Positions 10,882 to 23,858 of a DNA stretch of 64,000 bases are shown here, in pieces (positions within the stretch are counted from its first letter, which is position 1; the number at the start of each line of letters is the position of its first letter). The DNA lies in NCBI GenBank assembly GCA_040954595.2, contig JBECUI020000024.1:372001-436000 (forward strand), read 5' to 3'. Origin of the DNA: Balanoglossus misakiensis (Eukaryota > Animalia > Hemichordata). Below the pieces are notes generated by a model. That model was not told where the DNA came from and ran no database searches. It saw nothing but the letters and a program-made list of their open reading frames with translations. The position numbers and the translations under genes are program-made.

Positions 10882-13330
10882 TTTTTATCTCCACTAACTG
10901 CCAACACACTGTCCAATTGCACATTCACTCACTGACATATTCAACTAACACACCAGTTTCTTTATTTCAAAAAGTACACAGTAAAACATCACAAATGAGA
11001 AGACAGGGGTATCAGGAATCACACAAATCATACTCAATGTTTTACTGAAGCCATTGCTGTAAGATTGCTGTAAGTAATGGCACTATTCAATGGTGTTAAC
11101 ACCACATAGCACAATGATGTACTGCACACATTCAAGTCACATACCTTTTTGAAGTATTAATAAACACTGATTCTATGAACTGTTAAAATTATTTTTTCTT
11201 ACATCATCCCTGAATACCAAATTTCAAACAAATTAGGCTAGTGCTTTCACATGTTAACACACAATGCATGGCACTGGACAATCATCCTATCCGATCTGAA
11301 ACCTCAGTGTCACTTACCACAAAACTAAACACGTTATCTACAAATGATTTACGAAACTAATTCGTACACGACACAATACACATTTGAGTGTGTTGATATC
11401 TTAGTTTGTACATGATACTTTGCACTGATGTACACCAACACTCACCTTGAGAACTCTTTGGTAGCCAAAACTGTCAAGAAAATAAACAAAACTTTTAAAT
11501 TAAATCATTAAGTATAATTGTGTATTTAAACAAGTACATCAAGATATACACTTGCCTGCATAACACACACCTCTCAATAGCCATAATGTATCAATGTCGA
11601 GATGACATCACTCCAAGTACAAGATAGCGAATGATGATTTTTTTACAATAACCCCACTACTTAAACAGGACAACAAATTACAATGAATTCACTATCAACC
11701 TTGTGATATTCAGAAAATCAATTCTTGGTCACATAAATTGTCCTGTCCACAAAATGGTTTCATGGCATCAAAATATGTTAACAAGTCAACTCTACTTTTC
11801 ATGCTCCAACCAGATTTCATTGTCTATGTTTTTAACATGCCTGTCACGACTAGAAAGCATACACACTAAACAGAGTGGTCACCAGCATAATTTGGCCAAT
11901 TCTATGCTTGTCCTCACATTCTTACGAACAATTCAAATGTCAAATTATCTAGCAATGTTTCTGTTATGTACTCACACAGATTGTTCCATATTTGAAGCAA
12001 ATAATTATCAAAAACAAATTGATTACCCTGATATAAATTCCAATGAAAACCTTAAGGCTTTTGGTCATGTAAACATACAATATTAACAGAAAAAATAATG
12101 GAAAATACAATCCATTTTTACTACTGTTTATTTTTTGACAAATACATATAAGAGACATGGAAACTATTGAAGTACACATCCCAAAATAATATCCTACCAC
12201 TGCTTGTACGTTTCATACACACGATACAAGACCGATCGCCCGAATTCAGCAGATTCGCTTGCCTAAAACCGTTTCTAAATAATCATATGTACCTGTATAC
12301 ACTCCAAAAATAAGCTTAATTTCAACTTGTATGGAATGAAATAGAAACTCCGATGTACCCAGCCTCTGATGTTTCTATTCCTTCAAGCAAACTTCACCAT
12401 CTTAACATATATACAATTTGCCAAAACATGCATACAAACGAAACCCTTTCAGTATATAACGACAACCGCCATATTGGATGTCGCTCGACACGAAAATAAA
12501 ATACGCCTGACAAAACTGCCATCGCCTCATACACAATTAAAATCACACTACCATTGGATAAAACACAACTACATAACCAATACCATCAACTCTTACACGT
12601 TCAAACCACCGATTCTGTCATTTATACTCATTTAAAAATAACCACGAGAATATACACATATCCCACTAACCTATATTCAGCTGCTGAACAACAAGAGCAC
12701 TTGATTCGTTTTCGGATGTGACTACGTGCAACAACATACGCATCACCATCACATTCGCGTTGGGATTCAAGACAGTTTCAATATCTCAAGAAGCAATACA
12801 ACGAGAAGACCTTCTCGGGATTTTATGCACATCCTGTTGGATATCGCTGCCAAATGTCCACAGATGATAAAACATGATACCAGAATGTTGTATTGGGGAC
12901 AACCATCAAATGTTCCCGTGCCAGCACCCTCTATATTCTAGAAACCCTGGTATATCTCAAGAAACATTACCATTTTTAATTATTTTTAAAAGCAAAAGTA
13001 AGTTGTCATTTTATTTGTACAATTATTTCTCTATATTAAACAAGTATACATAAACACTAAAACATGTTTTGCCATGTTAACATAAATTTATGACCATTTT
13101 AAAATACTATATAGCTTATATTTATTAAAGTACAAATTCGGATGTTTTTCATTTTTAACCATTTCCACAATCAAAATGAAAAAAAAATCGCATTAATAGT
13201 AGATATGGTTATATTGGATATCATTATGTAAAACTGAAGAGTCACTATGGCATGGAAACTACTGAGATATGTGGTAGAAAACCAAAATGCCCAACAAATA
13301 TACACAGTGTGTGTTGTGTGTTAGATAGGT

Positions 13331-13357
13331 ACATACATGCATGCATGCATGCATACA

Positions 13358-13391
<34 letters not shown>

Positions 13392-13398
13392 CATACAT

Positions 13399-13469
<71 letters not shown>

Positions 13470-13510
13470 TACATACATACATACATACATACATACATAC
13501 ATACATACAT
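13331..13510. repeat. Compound microsatellite (CATA)n(CA)n(CATA)n
   Basis: Directly visible. Its left flank is an inverted copy of 15830-15870. Confidence 0.98.
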
Positions 13511-14765
13511 GCGCCCTGTATTGACCAAATACCGTCGTGCAAGCTCATGTACAAGCTATTTCTTTATGCCTGAACAAAAATTGACCAAATTCTACTGTTT
13601 ATTATGATTCATTCTTCGAAACAATTCATCTTCTTGCCATATTTTATTTGTTCATATAACACATTTTGAAGAAAAGTTGTACAAAGACTACAATATACTA
13701 ATGGGCTATATTCTCAAAACAGATATATTACCACAAATACTACTAGGGATTGTGTAGTGGTTTCTTTCTCACTATAAGACATATGATATCTGATATCAAC
13801 CATACAAACAATATCAATCTTTTTACACACATACATACATTCATACTTACACAAAAAGCATAAAACACCAATTTATTTTATATAGCCTTATATTAATTTA
13901 TTTCAATTGTGAAAATAGACACACATACAAAAAAGAACAGAAAAACAATCACAGTATCTGGTTTATGAAATAAAAAAGACCAAACAAGCAATTGCTTCCG
14001 AAATAACATATTCCACATTCTGTCACAAATTGAGCAAATTCCAGTAAAATCAACCCCAAGGACCTACACACTAAATTTCAAAGTAATTGTACAAAGAATT
14101 TAACTAAACACAACTAAAATTGATCAAAAATTACACATTTCACCACAATTTACATAAACTCTACCAACTTCACCCTAGGAACCTGCATACTAAATTTCAA
14201 AGTAATTGGCCCCGTGGTTTCAGTAAAGAAAAGTGACAGACAGTGACACCACTCACCCAATAAGACAATCACCCAATCTAATAAGCTCAACATAACTGAC
14301 AACACAGCTAAACAGTTCACCGACAATATAAATACAATTGTGTACATTTCACAAATGACAATATTAGCCTTTTAGTCACCTCTGACTCTAATGTAAAGTA
14401 CATTATGGTAACTGTTCATTGAAATGTTTCTGGGAAATGTTTACTAAGGCTATTTAATATCTTCTATTTTTTTTTTATAACACATGGTTTCTCTTGCAAT
14501 TCCTCTTCCAGTAAACAGGATAAACTTTCTACACCATTACACTTATATGCTACTGCCAAATGGAAGTAATCTAATCCTGTAGTAGCTATAAAGCAGCATT
14601 GTCAGGGCCCAAGCAACATGATGAAAAAAGGTGAAAGCACACGTTATAGTTACTCAAACTTTTACCAGAAAATTTTGATAGATCATATTGGTTCACGTCC
14701 AAGCAAATCGGACTTCTAACCATATTGGTTAGCTTACAATTTGATAAGTATATAAATTAAAGGGA

Positions 14766-15060
14766 CCCTTTTCCATTAATTATGTTTGATGCAAGACACC
14801 ATTTATGTTAATGTACATGTGGATATATAGTGAATCAACATTCAACAACACACACTGCTTGTAGTCACGAGAGTGAAAAATCTTGCCAAAATGAATAATT
14901 GGTCTTTACCATTTATTCATTTTGGGCGAGTTTTTACTGTCATATCCTACAAACGGGATGGAAGCTGTGTGTGGTCGAACGTTGATTCACTATATATCCA
15001 CATTAACAGTCTCTTGTATCACACATAATTATTAAAAAAGGGCAGCAAAGAGACTTTCTG
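14766..15060. mobile_element. MITE-like foldback element
   Basis: Arms cttttccattaattatgtttgat...gatatatagtgaatcaac and gttgattcactatatatc...cataattattaaaaaaggg. Half copies at 24615-24770 and 26942-27062. Confidence 0.7.
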
Positions 15061-15275
15061 CCTTTAATAAGCTAATAAAAGTGTTAGACTGCATTGGCTG
15101 CTCTATAATACCATATAGCAATGCAGTAACTCCTGTGGATGCCAATTTCTGACTCTCTGTTATTTCTCACATGCATTTGTGAATTTTTATTGAAATAAAA
15201 AAACTGGTGTGTTGAATATGTCAGTGAGTGAATGTGCAATTGGACAGTGTGTTGGCAGTTAGTGGAGATAAAACA

Positions 15276-15349
15276 ATCCTCATGGTGTAATGGTTAACAC
15301 ACTTGTCACTTTGTGATAAGGGATCCTGGTTCGATTCCTGGTGAGGATG
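15276..15349 (+). tRNA. tRNA-like gene or pseudogene, inverted paralog of 10808-10881
   Basis: Perfect acceptor stem ATCCTCA/TGAGGAT, A and B boxes, extended anticodon hairpin CTTGTCAC-TTT-GTGATAAG, one T-stem mismatch. Confidence 0.5.
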
Positions 15350-15383
15350 ATAAAAAAAGGAGTCCATTTGCTGTGTGTTTTCC

Positions 15384-15832
15384 ATGTATGTATGCATGTA
15401 TGTATGCATGCATGTATGTATGCATGTATGTATGCATGCATGCATGTATGCATGCATGTATGTATGTATGTATGTATGTATGTATGTATGTATGTATGTA
15501 TGTATGTATGTATGTATGTATGTATGTATGTATGTATGTATGTATGCATGCATGCATGTATGTATGCATGTATGTATGCATGTATGTATGCATGTATGTA
15601 TGCATGTATGTATGCATGTATGCATGCATGCATGTATGCATGTATGCATGCATGTATGCATGTATGCATGTATGTATGTATGCATGTATGCATGCATGTA
15701 TGCATGTATGTATGTATGTATGCATGTATGTATGCATGTATGCATGTATGTATGTATGTATGCATGTATGTATGTATGTATGTATGTATGTATGTATGTA
15801 TGTATGTATGTATGTATGTATGTATGTATGTA
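15384..15832. repeat. (TATG/CATG)n microsatellite
   Basis: Directly visible, ~450 bp. Confidence 0.98.
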
Positions 15833-16874
15833 CCTATCTAACACACAACACACACTGTGTATATTTAATTCCACAATGCTTGATACTAAAACTGTCCACA
15901 AAAAAACATTTGTTTATAACCCCTAAGTGCTTGTCTTCCACACTTACCTTCTCTTGGCATTTTTTTCCACAGATGATGCAATACTGCTCGTCTCTTCATC
16001 CTGGTCTCTTGCGCTCCCCTTTTTACTCTCCCTGAATGCTGACAACACGTACCGTCTCATTGTTCAGTGGATATGCCTTGCTGTCATCTGCATCTGCTCC
16101 CTCAGTACCCCCTTCTCCCTGGCACAATCATCCAAATACTATCGCAGAGGGCGCTATACTATATGACGATCAACACAATATCATTCAGATAATCTTTGCA
16201 CAGTGGGTAAATTAAGCATTTGGTTTTTCACGAGACTTTCATCAGTTGTACTAAAATGAAATGTGTCTACACTATACAAATGACAATGGCCTTCTAATTC
16301 AGAGACGTTGGGAAGGACTAGTGAGCACATACAGCAAATCAGAAGGCCCAAAATGGCAAGGTTGCATGATTACTAATGGGAAACAAAGAATACCCAGGGT
16401 ATATTTAATTCCACAGAGTGCTTGATACTAAAATTATTGCTGTTTTACAATTGTGGCATTTACTGCTGATAATAAGGTTACCATAGATACAATTGGAATG
16501 AAACCGGACAGGGATAAACATATAAAGGCTAGGTTAACCCCCCACCCCCTACCACAGAGGGCGCTATACCGATCATCAAGTCAGTACCATTGAAATAAAT
16601 CTGTGCAGAGTGGGTAAATTAGGCATTTGGTTCTTCAGATTTTCATAAGTTGCACTAAAATGCTATGTGGCCCACTACAAGGATAAATAAGTCAAAAATG
16701 GCAAATTTGATATTTACTTTGAGGTTGACATGGGGCAAAGGAGACAATACAAGAACACTGAAACTCAATTAGTGAAACACTAAAGTTGTACATGTACTTT
16801 ATTTCTCTAACAAACTTAGAGAAAATTTACATGGCCATCTTTTTACTCAGAGAACTGATGTTGAAAAGAAAACA

Positions 16875-18880
16875 ATGTTACATCATAAAATTGAAATCCT
16901 ACATGTCACTAATTTCTGATTTTCACAAATGTTCATAAAAAAAACCTGTTCTCTGCAAACCTTACCCCCCCCCCTCCTATTGTCGGTGCTTCTAATGTAA
17001 CTCTCAATTTTTCCCTAAGGTGTTAAAAGAACCAAATGGTGATGATATGGTAGAAGGGATATTTGAGGGAATAGACATAGATGAGTAAATATTAACTGCA
17101 GTACTTGCTTCCACCAATTTCCAATCATTTTGTGTACATGTTCACGTCTCTGTGTCTTACCAATCACATTCTGTCCTTTTTATTTTTTTCTAGAAGTGGC
17201 ATCTTCTGTGTCAGACAGCAAATACTTACAGTGTCCCACCTTATGCCAGACCTTGGGTACAGAGGAGGCCATATTAGAAAACCTGCCAATGCATGTACAC
17301 TACTCTATCAATCAAGAAATGCAACAGTCACAAAGATTGAGTAAGTTAACTAAACCAAAGCAATCTCCACCCTGCAACTTCCCCAGCACTTACTATCTGC
17401 ATGCAAGTTGTGAACTTTTAATTTAGTATTCATTACAGAAACATTTCAGTCCTACAATTCACATGCATCTTATTTTCGTCAACACCAACTTATACAAAAT
17501 ATGATTTAACCATCTTGTTCTCATTTCTCTCCAATGTACAGAAAGCAGTAGCCTGGATGGATTTACAGAGAGAGAGGCTAGTACACGGCACTCATGTGGA
17601 CATGCACTACCACATATCATATCTCAAGGGGACTTCAGTTGTAGCTGTAGTATTTAACCCAAGTTTAACTGTGACACCCACGTCCATACATGGCAAGGTT
17701 TTCTCTCCCAAAAGTTTCAGTTTGGCATCCCAGTTACCATCAGTTGCGCTTTCTCCATGCCTTCTAAGTTGAATGCGATTTACCATCACCGGATTCATAC
17801 TGTGGTGCAAAGACAATTAAAAACATCGATTGTAAGTCATTTAGTAGTGATACCATTGTTACCAAACCTCGTTTAAAAATACATGTAATCTGTACTCGAA
17901 ACTATCATTTTTTCTTTCTTTCTAGAATATGACTTGTAAGCGAGTGCCGCGTTTAAATTGATACTGAGAATAAACACCGCTAATCGACGATAAAATCAAC
18001 GTATTTTCAAATGCAAGTGAACGCATGGAGGCGGCCATATTGAATTTAGGTTACATCCCAAGACATTCCGACTGGGCTTCAGGTGGATTCGGGAAAGGTC
18101 TCTAAAACATAATCGGTCATCCAGTTTTGTATACTAAATTTCTAAAAATGTAGGACATGGGAGGTTAACATACCCACAATGACTACACACAAAAAAGGGC
18201 CCAGGCGTTTCGGGGTGCGATTGTTACGTACCTTAGCTCCATCATCTGCAACCAGCCAAGGCCTGGCTGTGAAATTGCGCGTCATGGAGGATGTCGAGAT
18301 CCGGAATTCCGCCAACGGGAAACTGTTTAGCGTGCCTTGTATGCAGCACGATGGCAACGTTCTGGAACTTAAATTCTGGAAAGAAAATCCGAAGTGGCTG
18401 AACAGATTACAGAAGGGAGAATACGTACAGCTCCGCAACTTTTCCACTGGAAGAGATAATACCATTTGCCTCTATGATAGAGCAAAGGCCGGGGATGCCA
18501 TTACGCCGTTAAACCTGAAATATAGATTGAGAGTGGATATTGTTTTACACAATTTTTGAACATTGAAGTAAAGTATTAGAATGATGGAGTCCGATAGAAA
18601 AAGTGAGTTGGTAATTTCGGCATCCGACTTCGTTATTAAAATGGAAAGATTTGCGATTTGAGATTCGGTTACCATTTGAAAGGAAATATTTCATTCAAGT
18701 ACAGTGGCAACTACTGGATTATGGAGAATATTTGAAATGTTGATGAACGGAGACCTATTAGAATCAATGAAAACCTAACTTTATTGGTGTTACGGTTACT
18801 ACACCTGACAGACCGCTGGTCTGCGTCCGACCGATTTTGAGCGCCTAGCTCTTGTGGAGACATGCGGAGGTACAGCGGGT
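16875..18880 (-). pseudogene. OB-fold gene copy 3, rearranged pseudogene
   Basis: Exon 1, intron 1 and ATG (MASPA) are on the minus strand at 18880-18488. The body of the coding exon (18232-18487) is flipped to +. Exon 4 (~17628-17799) is on minus with a TT donor. Exons 5-6 (from 17020, and 17194-17340) are flipped to +. Confidence 0.7.
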
Positions 18881-18884
18881 TTAT

Positions 18885-19745
18885 TGGTTTTTCGTAAAAC
18901 CATAGTTAAACTCCAAAAATCTTCTTCTCCAGAACGAGCGATGACTGAGTCGCAAGATTCGGGGAGTATGGTCACTACACTGATGTCTATCAAGTTTGCA
19001 AAGAGCATTGTGATTGGTCGAAGATTATGGTGGCCATATTGGATTTTGTAAAAAAACAGAGAAAAATTGAAATTCCTTTTTCTAGTCCAAAAATTGATAG
19101 CATACAAATTAATTTTATGGATATCAATCGTCATGTGACTAAAATATATAACAATTTTTTGGCGATTTTTCACATGACCTTTGACCTAATTATCATGCGT
19201 TATTATTTCTGCATATCTAATTCCAGGCTAACCTATAGGGCTAGAGGTTTGGTTTTTGATGAATGTGGATTAGTGTGTGATCAAAATATTTTGCTACTTT
19301 TCATGACCCCTTTGACCTCTGCTGACCTCATTAATTATGCACATACCTAATTACAGGCGAACCAATAGAGCTAGAGTTTTGGTTTTTGTTGGACATGGAC
19401 CAGTATGGGTAAAAAAAAATGCCCAAATGTTGGGTGACCTCAGGTGACCTTTGACCTACTTCACCCTATTTCAGCAGCAAAAATACACACATCCTTGTTA
19501 TGTCATGAGATAATACATCCGATAGAAAATTCTGTTTCTTCTCATTCATACTGTGCATATATAATTCAAGATCAGCGCTTGGGCCCGACAATGCTGCTCG
19601 CAGCTTTAATTCTTCTTCTTCTTCTTCTTCCGAGAAATTCGGCCAGTTAGATCTGGAAAACCGCTGCACCTAGGGGGCTGAAACTTGGTAGGGTGATAGG
19701 GGCCAATGAGTAGACGTGCAGTGGCTCGTGAATATTTAATTAGTT
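18885..19745. mobile_element. Old interspersed repeat (HINE/Helentron-like family) between copy 3 and the SVEP1-like gene
   Basis: 19300-19500 is reverse-complementary to the ~240-bp units at 46610-47990. A hairpin gctgctcgcagc is followed by ttt at ~19594. Confidence 0.5.
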
Positions 19746-19754
19746 TTTCAGCAG

Positions 19755-20038
19755 CTGTATGGTAATTCTTGGTCAAAGCTATGACGAAAATGGACTCCTT
19801 GACAACTATTTTAGCTTCCATGGTGATGTTACACAGATGAATGTATACGATTATGTATTGACTCCTGTTGAAATCCAGAGTCTGGCTTTGAACTGTTCAC
19901 AAAGTCCACTTGGCAATCATGTCATGTGGGTTGAAATGGATCAAGAGTTATTGGGTAGTGTGGTCAAAATCCAGCCATCAGCTTGTGGAAGTACCAGGTG
20001 CCCAATTGGTTACTCTGGTTCACCATGCACACCTGTTG
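19755..20038 (+). CDS. Exon: C-terminal part of pentraxin/LamG domain plus Cys-rich linker
   Basis: VILGQ...FHGDVTQMNVYDYVLT..EI...C. Acceptor cag| and donor |gtaaat. Confidence 0.85.
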
Positions 20039-20379
20039 GTAAATAGCCTTATTCATTACTATCAAACAATTTTATGCATAATCTGACGAGGAGAAATTGG
20101 GTCATATTCACAGAGTTGATTAATCCTAAATCCTTACTTTAACACAGCTCTCCTTGTAATGTTGTGTCTGTCCAGGGAAAACTGTGTGAAATTTTGAGTA
20201 GTTTTTCCTGTGTACATTCACCAGCCCCTAGCTGCTGTGTGTTGTACTCCAATCACACAGCCTGCAATCTCCCTACTTTAGGAAGTATAGGGAATCATCA
20301 TCTGCCCATGCCTGTATCGCTCACTCTTTTTGTTTCTACCGTACATGTATTTAACACTGAATGTAATGATACTATTCAC

Positions 20380-20476
20380 AACCACTATCACCATCATCAT
20401 CATCATAATCATCATCACCACCACCACCACCACCATCATCATCATCATCGTCATCATCATCACCATCATCATCATC
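20380..20476. repeat. (CAT/CAC)n microsatellite in intron
   Basis: Directly visible. Confidence 0.95.
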
Positions 20477-20775
20477 AGTTTCTGCTGTTCCAAGAACTAG
20501 GCTTATCATGAGTGTAATTGATCATATCAGTTATTATGCCTATGGATACCATCTCATGACTCCTGTCCTATCTTGTAGTGTTTCTTGACAGTGATCTAGT
20601 CTATTCACATGTATCAGAAAACAAGCACTTAACAATATCTGGATTTCTCATGAATATGTGACAGATATTAACATCTAGTAGTGCATTTACCTAAATGTAC
20701 CAGTGTATGCATATGGGGTGTGGACCAGTTGTTTAATTTACAAACATTTGTTATTCTTTCATTTTTTTTCTTCAG

Positions 20776-20916
20776 ATAAACACGCTCCTGAAGTCATTTA
20801 CTGTCCCAATACGACCCGTATAATTAGTCCTAATAGCTTGACAACAGGAGTATGGCAGGAGCCTATATTTACAGATGATGTCGCCATTGCCAATGTGACA
20901 CAAACCTACACAATGG
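20776..20916 (+). CDS. Exon: HYR domain N-half
   Basis: DKHAPEVIYCP...WQEPIFTDD. Canonical splice sites, phase 1/1. Confidence 0.85.
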
Positions 20917-21620
20917 GTAAGTTTCCTATAAAATATCATTTCTGATTATAGATAATATATAACATTCACACTAACTAAGTTTTTTTTATCGGGGTGGGGT
21001 GGGGAGTTGATCTAAACAGAAACCAACAAGCTGAGACAACTTTCCTAAGATTATTGTCAGTATGAAGCATACTGGTACAGTTTATTCTTGTGGCCGTTAC
21101 TCATATATGGCTAGCACATCCTATGTGCGACAGATGATCTTGCTTCCAAGTATTAAAGCCTCAATTGCTGATACTATTACCATATGTTTATAGGCCCTTT
21201 CCTCGATCCCAGGGCAGTACAATGAAGTTAAAACTCGAAAGCATTTGTGTTTGCACGTAATTGTTTATTGGAAACAAAAGATTTGACCAACTGTTGAGCA
21301 AGGCCTTTAATCAGTAAAGTACTTAATATTCTCCACTACTACTGGGGATACCCATACCACAAATGTTGTGTTCTCTTACAATGGGCAGTTGAATAAACGT
21401 GTGCGGCACCATATCTGTTTAGTATACATATCTTGTTCATGTTTATATGTACAGTCACAATCAGGAGTTGATAATATGCCTGTGTATACCCACCAGATAG
21501 CTCACTTAAATGGACCATTCTAAGTTTGAATAGAAAATCATGACAAACATTCAAGAAACGGAAGCTATTTTGGCTTTAGCACCCATGCCTGTAATGATGT
21601 GCATAATTTTGTTCTTACAG

Positions 21621-21716
21621 GTGACACCTTTTCCTGGGGAACCTACCAGATCAGCTATGTTGCTTCAGATACAGCTGGCAACAATGCACAGTGCAACTTT
21701 TTACTCTATGTACTGC
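21621..21716 (+). CDS. Exon: HYR domain C-half
   Basis: GDTFSWGTYQISYVASDTAGNNAQCNFLLYVL. Canonical splice sites. Confidence 0.85.
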
Positions 21717-21809
21717 GTGAATTTTTTTATCATTCCTACATAAACTTTACAAATTAATTAATATCTTGACAAATTGTCATCTCTACCCCTTGTTATGTCT
21801 TGTCACATA

Positions 21810-21998
21810 CTGTAAAACGGGACATTTTCGTGACAGAAAATATTTTGCAATATATCAAAAGAGGCAACTGTGACACGAGAATTAAATTTCCGCATTCTAG
21901 TATTTTACTAACTACTCTGTTATCTCTGAAAAACATTTATGCGACTTTATCTTCTTCTTCTTTTTTGCCGAAGTTTGGGAAAATTTGCCGTTTTACAG
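21810..21998. mobile_element. Tc1/mariner-type MITE (TA TSD)
   Basis: TA-CTGTAAAACGG ... CCGTTTTACAG-TA. Confidence 0.75.
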
Positions 21999-22710
21999 TA
22001 ATATGATTGCATCATTATCACTTTTGTCCCTATGTAACTATCAAAAATTATAACAACATCATTCAGAACATACAAGGACACTCAAACCCGTCTAAAACAA
22101 ACCCTGTCTAATCGGGAAACCTCTCTTCAACCAACAGCTTTTCCTAGTCCCTTTTACATAGAAACATGTTAATGTGTTGGTGTTCTGTTTAAAAGATTTG
22201 ACTGTGTAATAAATATGGGTGTCACACATACACCATTAAGACAGTTCTGAAGCATCTCAGAATTGATACTGTCTTAAAAAAACATGTGTGGACGGTGTAA
22301 GTGGTCCTGAAACGTCTCAGATTTTAGACGGCTCTGCCAGCCAGACCTGAGCCGGTGTAAGGATTAACACCTCTCCGCAACCCATTGTCTATGGGGCCGA
22401 GCCTCAGCGCCCATACATAAACTTTGTGTGTGTGGACACAACATGACTCAAAGGATTAATGCTCTGTGGTTAGCACTGGCAAATAGTGTCTCAAATTTTA
22501 CCCTGTGTGAACCTGGTAAAAGAGGCATTGTGCCCTAGTGGCTAGGGTTGTGGGTTCGTTACCTAGACCTGGACATTTGGGTAGTATTTGCCTGTTGGAT
22601 GATATATGAGACACAGACATTTGGGTAGTATTTGCCTGTTGGATGATAGATGAAATAAAATTAAAAATATATATATAGACAAATAAACTGTGTTCTCCTT
22701 TCTTTTACAT

Positions 22711-22911
22711 CATTTGATTGTGAAAAGCCAGCACCACCAGTTAAAGGTATTTCCATCTGTAATGAGTTTGAGTCGGGTGTGTTCTGTCAGGTGGATTGTT
22801 TACCAGGGTACAAGTTTGCAAGCCTGCCAGCACCTTACTATCTCTGCCATAGTGAAGGATCTTTTAATCCTGAGAATCCAGACGAGGAATTCACCTTCCC
22901 TGGATGTTCAG
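22711..22911 (+). CDS. Exon: sushi/CCP-like domain (acceptor mutated AG>AT)
   Basis: FDCEKPAPPVKGISIC...CQVDCLPGYKF...YLC...FPGCS |gtgag. Confidence 0.8.
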
Positions 22912-23314
22912 GTGAGAAAAAAATGATTTGGTATCAGTAAAGAAATATAATCAGGTTGCACATGCACATTCAGAAAATTCTCCAAAGAGAGAGAGTTGTG
23001 AGAGGGGGTATTCCAGCATTGAGACAATTTTCTTTTAGTTATAAATGAAAACAGAAATATGAGTAATGCAAATTCTTGCTTTACAGTATGTCAAGGTTGT
23101 GATTACAGGCAGATAATCTGTTAACATCATATCTGCTTACCCCAATATAAAGCTCCAGTACATTTGAGCTATTTTCTTAATATTTTGTTCTGGGTAAGCA
23201 GCTGTAACTTTCCTGATTGGCTAAGCGGTTTAGCAGTCTAAGTCAATACATCGTTCGCTAGATTGAAAATTGCATCTTTAACAAAATTTGTTTGTTTGTA
23301 TTGTTCTACTGCAG

Positions 23315-23567
23315 CTCCTGGGAAGACTCAACGTGGAGTGAATTGTGGCGTGTCATACAATTCACAGGCTGGTACATGTAACAATGGTGTCATCCAGCAA
23401 TTGAGGATCAGTTTTATGAACACTATCAACTATCTGAATGATTTGTTTGGTATTTGTGGCGGTGAATGCAACTTTGATGACCTTGAAATAACCTGCGGCG
23501 CCTCAAACCGAAGAAAGAGACAGGCTGATACTCAGCTTGTGGTTCAGTTCAGTTTCACAACCAATGC
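23315..23567 (+). CDS. Exon containing furin motif RRKR
   Basis: APGKTQRG...CGASNRRKRQADTQLVVQFSFTTNA. Canonical splice sites. Confidence 0.85.
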
Positions 23568-23858
23568 GTGAGTAGTAATTGTTATTTTTCGAGTATTTTA
23601 TTCCCCTTCTGTTCTATTGAAATGACTTTGGTGACATGTCTAGGGTACTGATCCCAGGCTGTGTGAGGACCAGCTCTGTATTCCCTATACAGCTGGTGTT
23701 TGCATTATTGCAAAATATTCCATTCATGCAAGTGAAAACAAATTATTTTGTGTCTTAACACTCAAACATTTTCAGTTTTTGGCAACCCCATCAGTTCTGC
23801 CCACCTTCCTTCATGTTGCGGCATCCTGTATTCTAAAGATTCATGCATTCGAAATATA

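Noticed and set aside
10980-13000. Possible minus-strand spliced transcript in the palindrome spacer
   Set aside because: Some splice-like and promoter-like motifs are present, but there is no consistent exon chain or recognisable protein.
13245-16035. Many overlapping MYVC/HTYI ORFs
   Set aside because: They are translations of (TATG)n/(CA)n microsatellites.
20164-20511. Poly-His ORF
   Set aside because: It is an intronic (CAT/CAC)n microsatellite.
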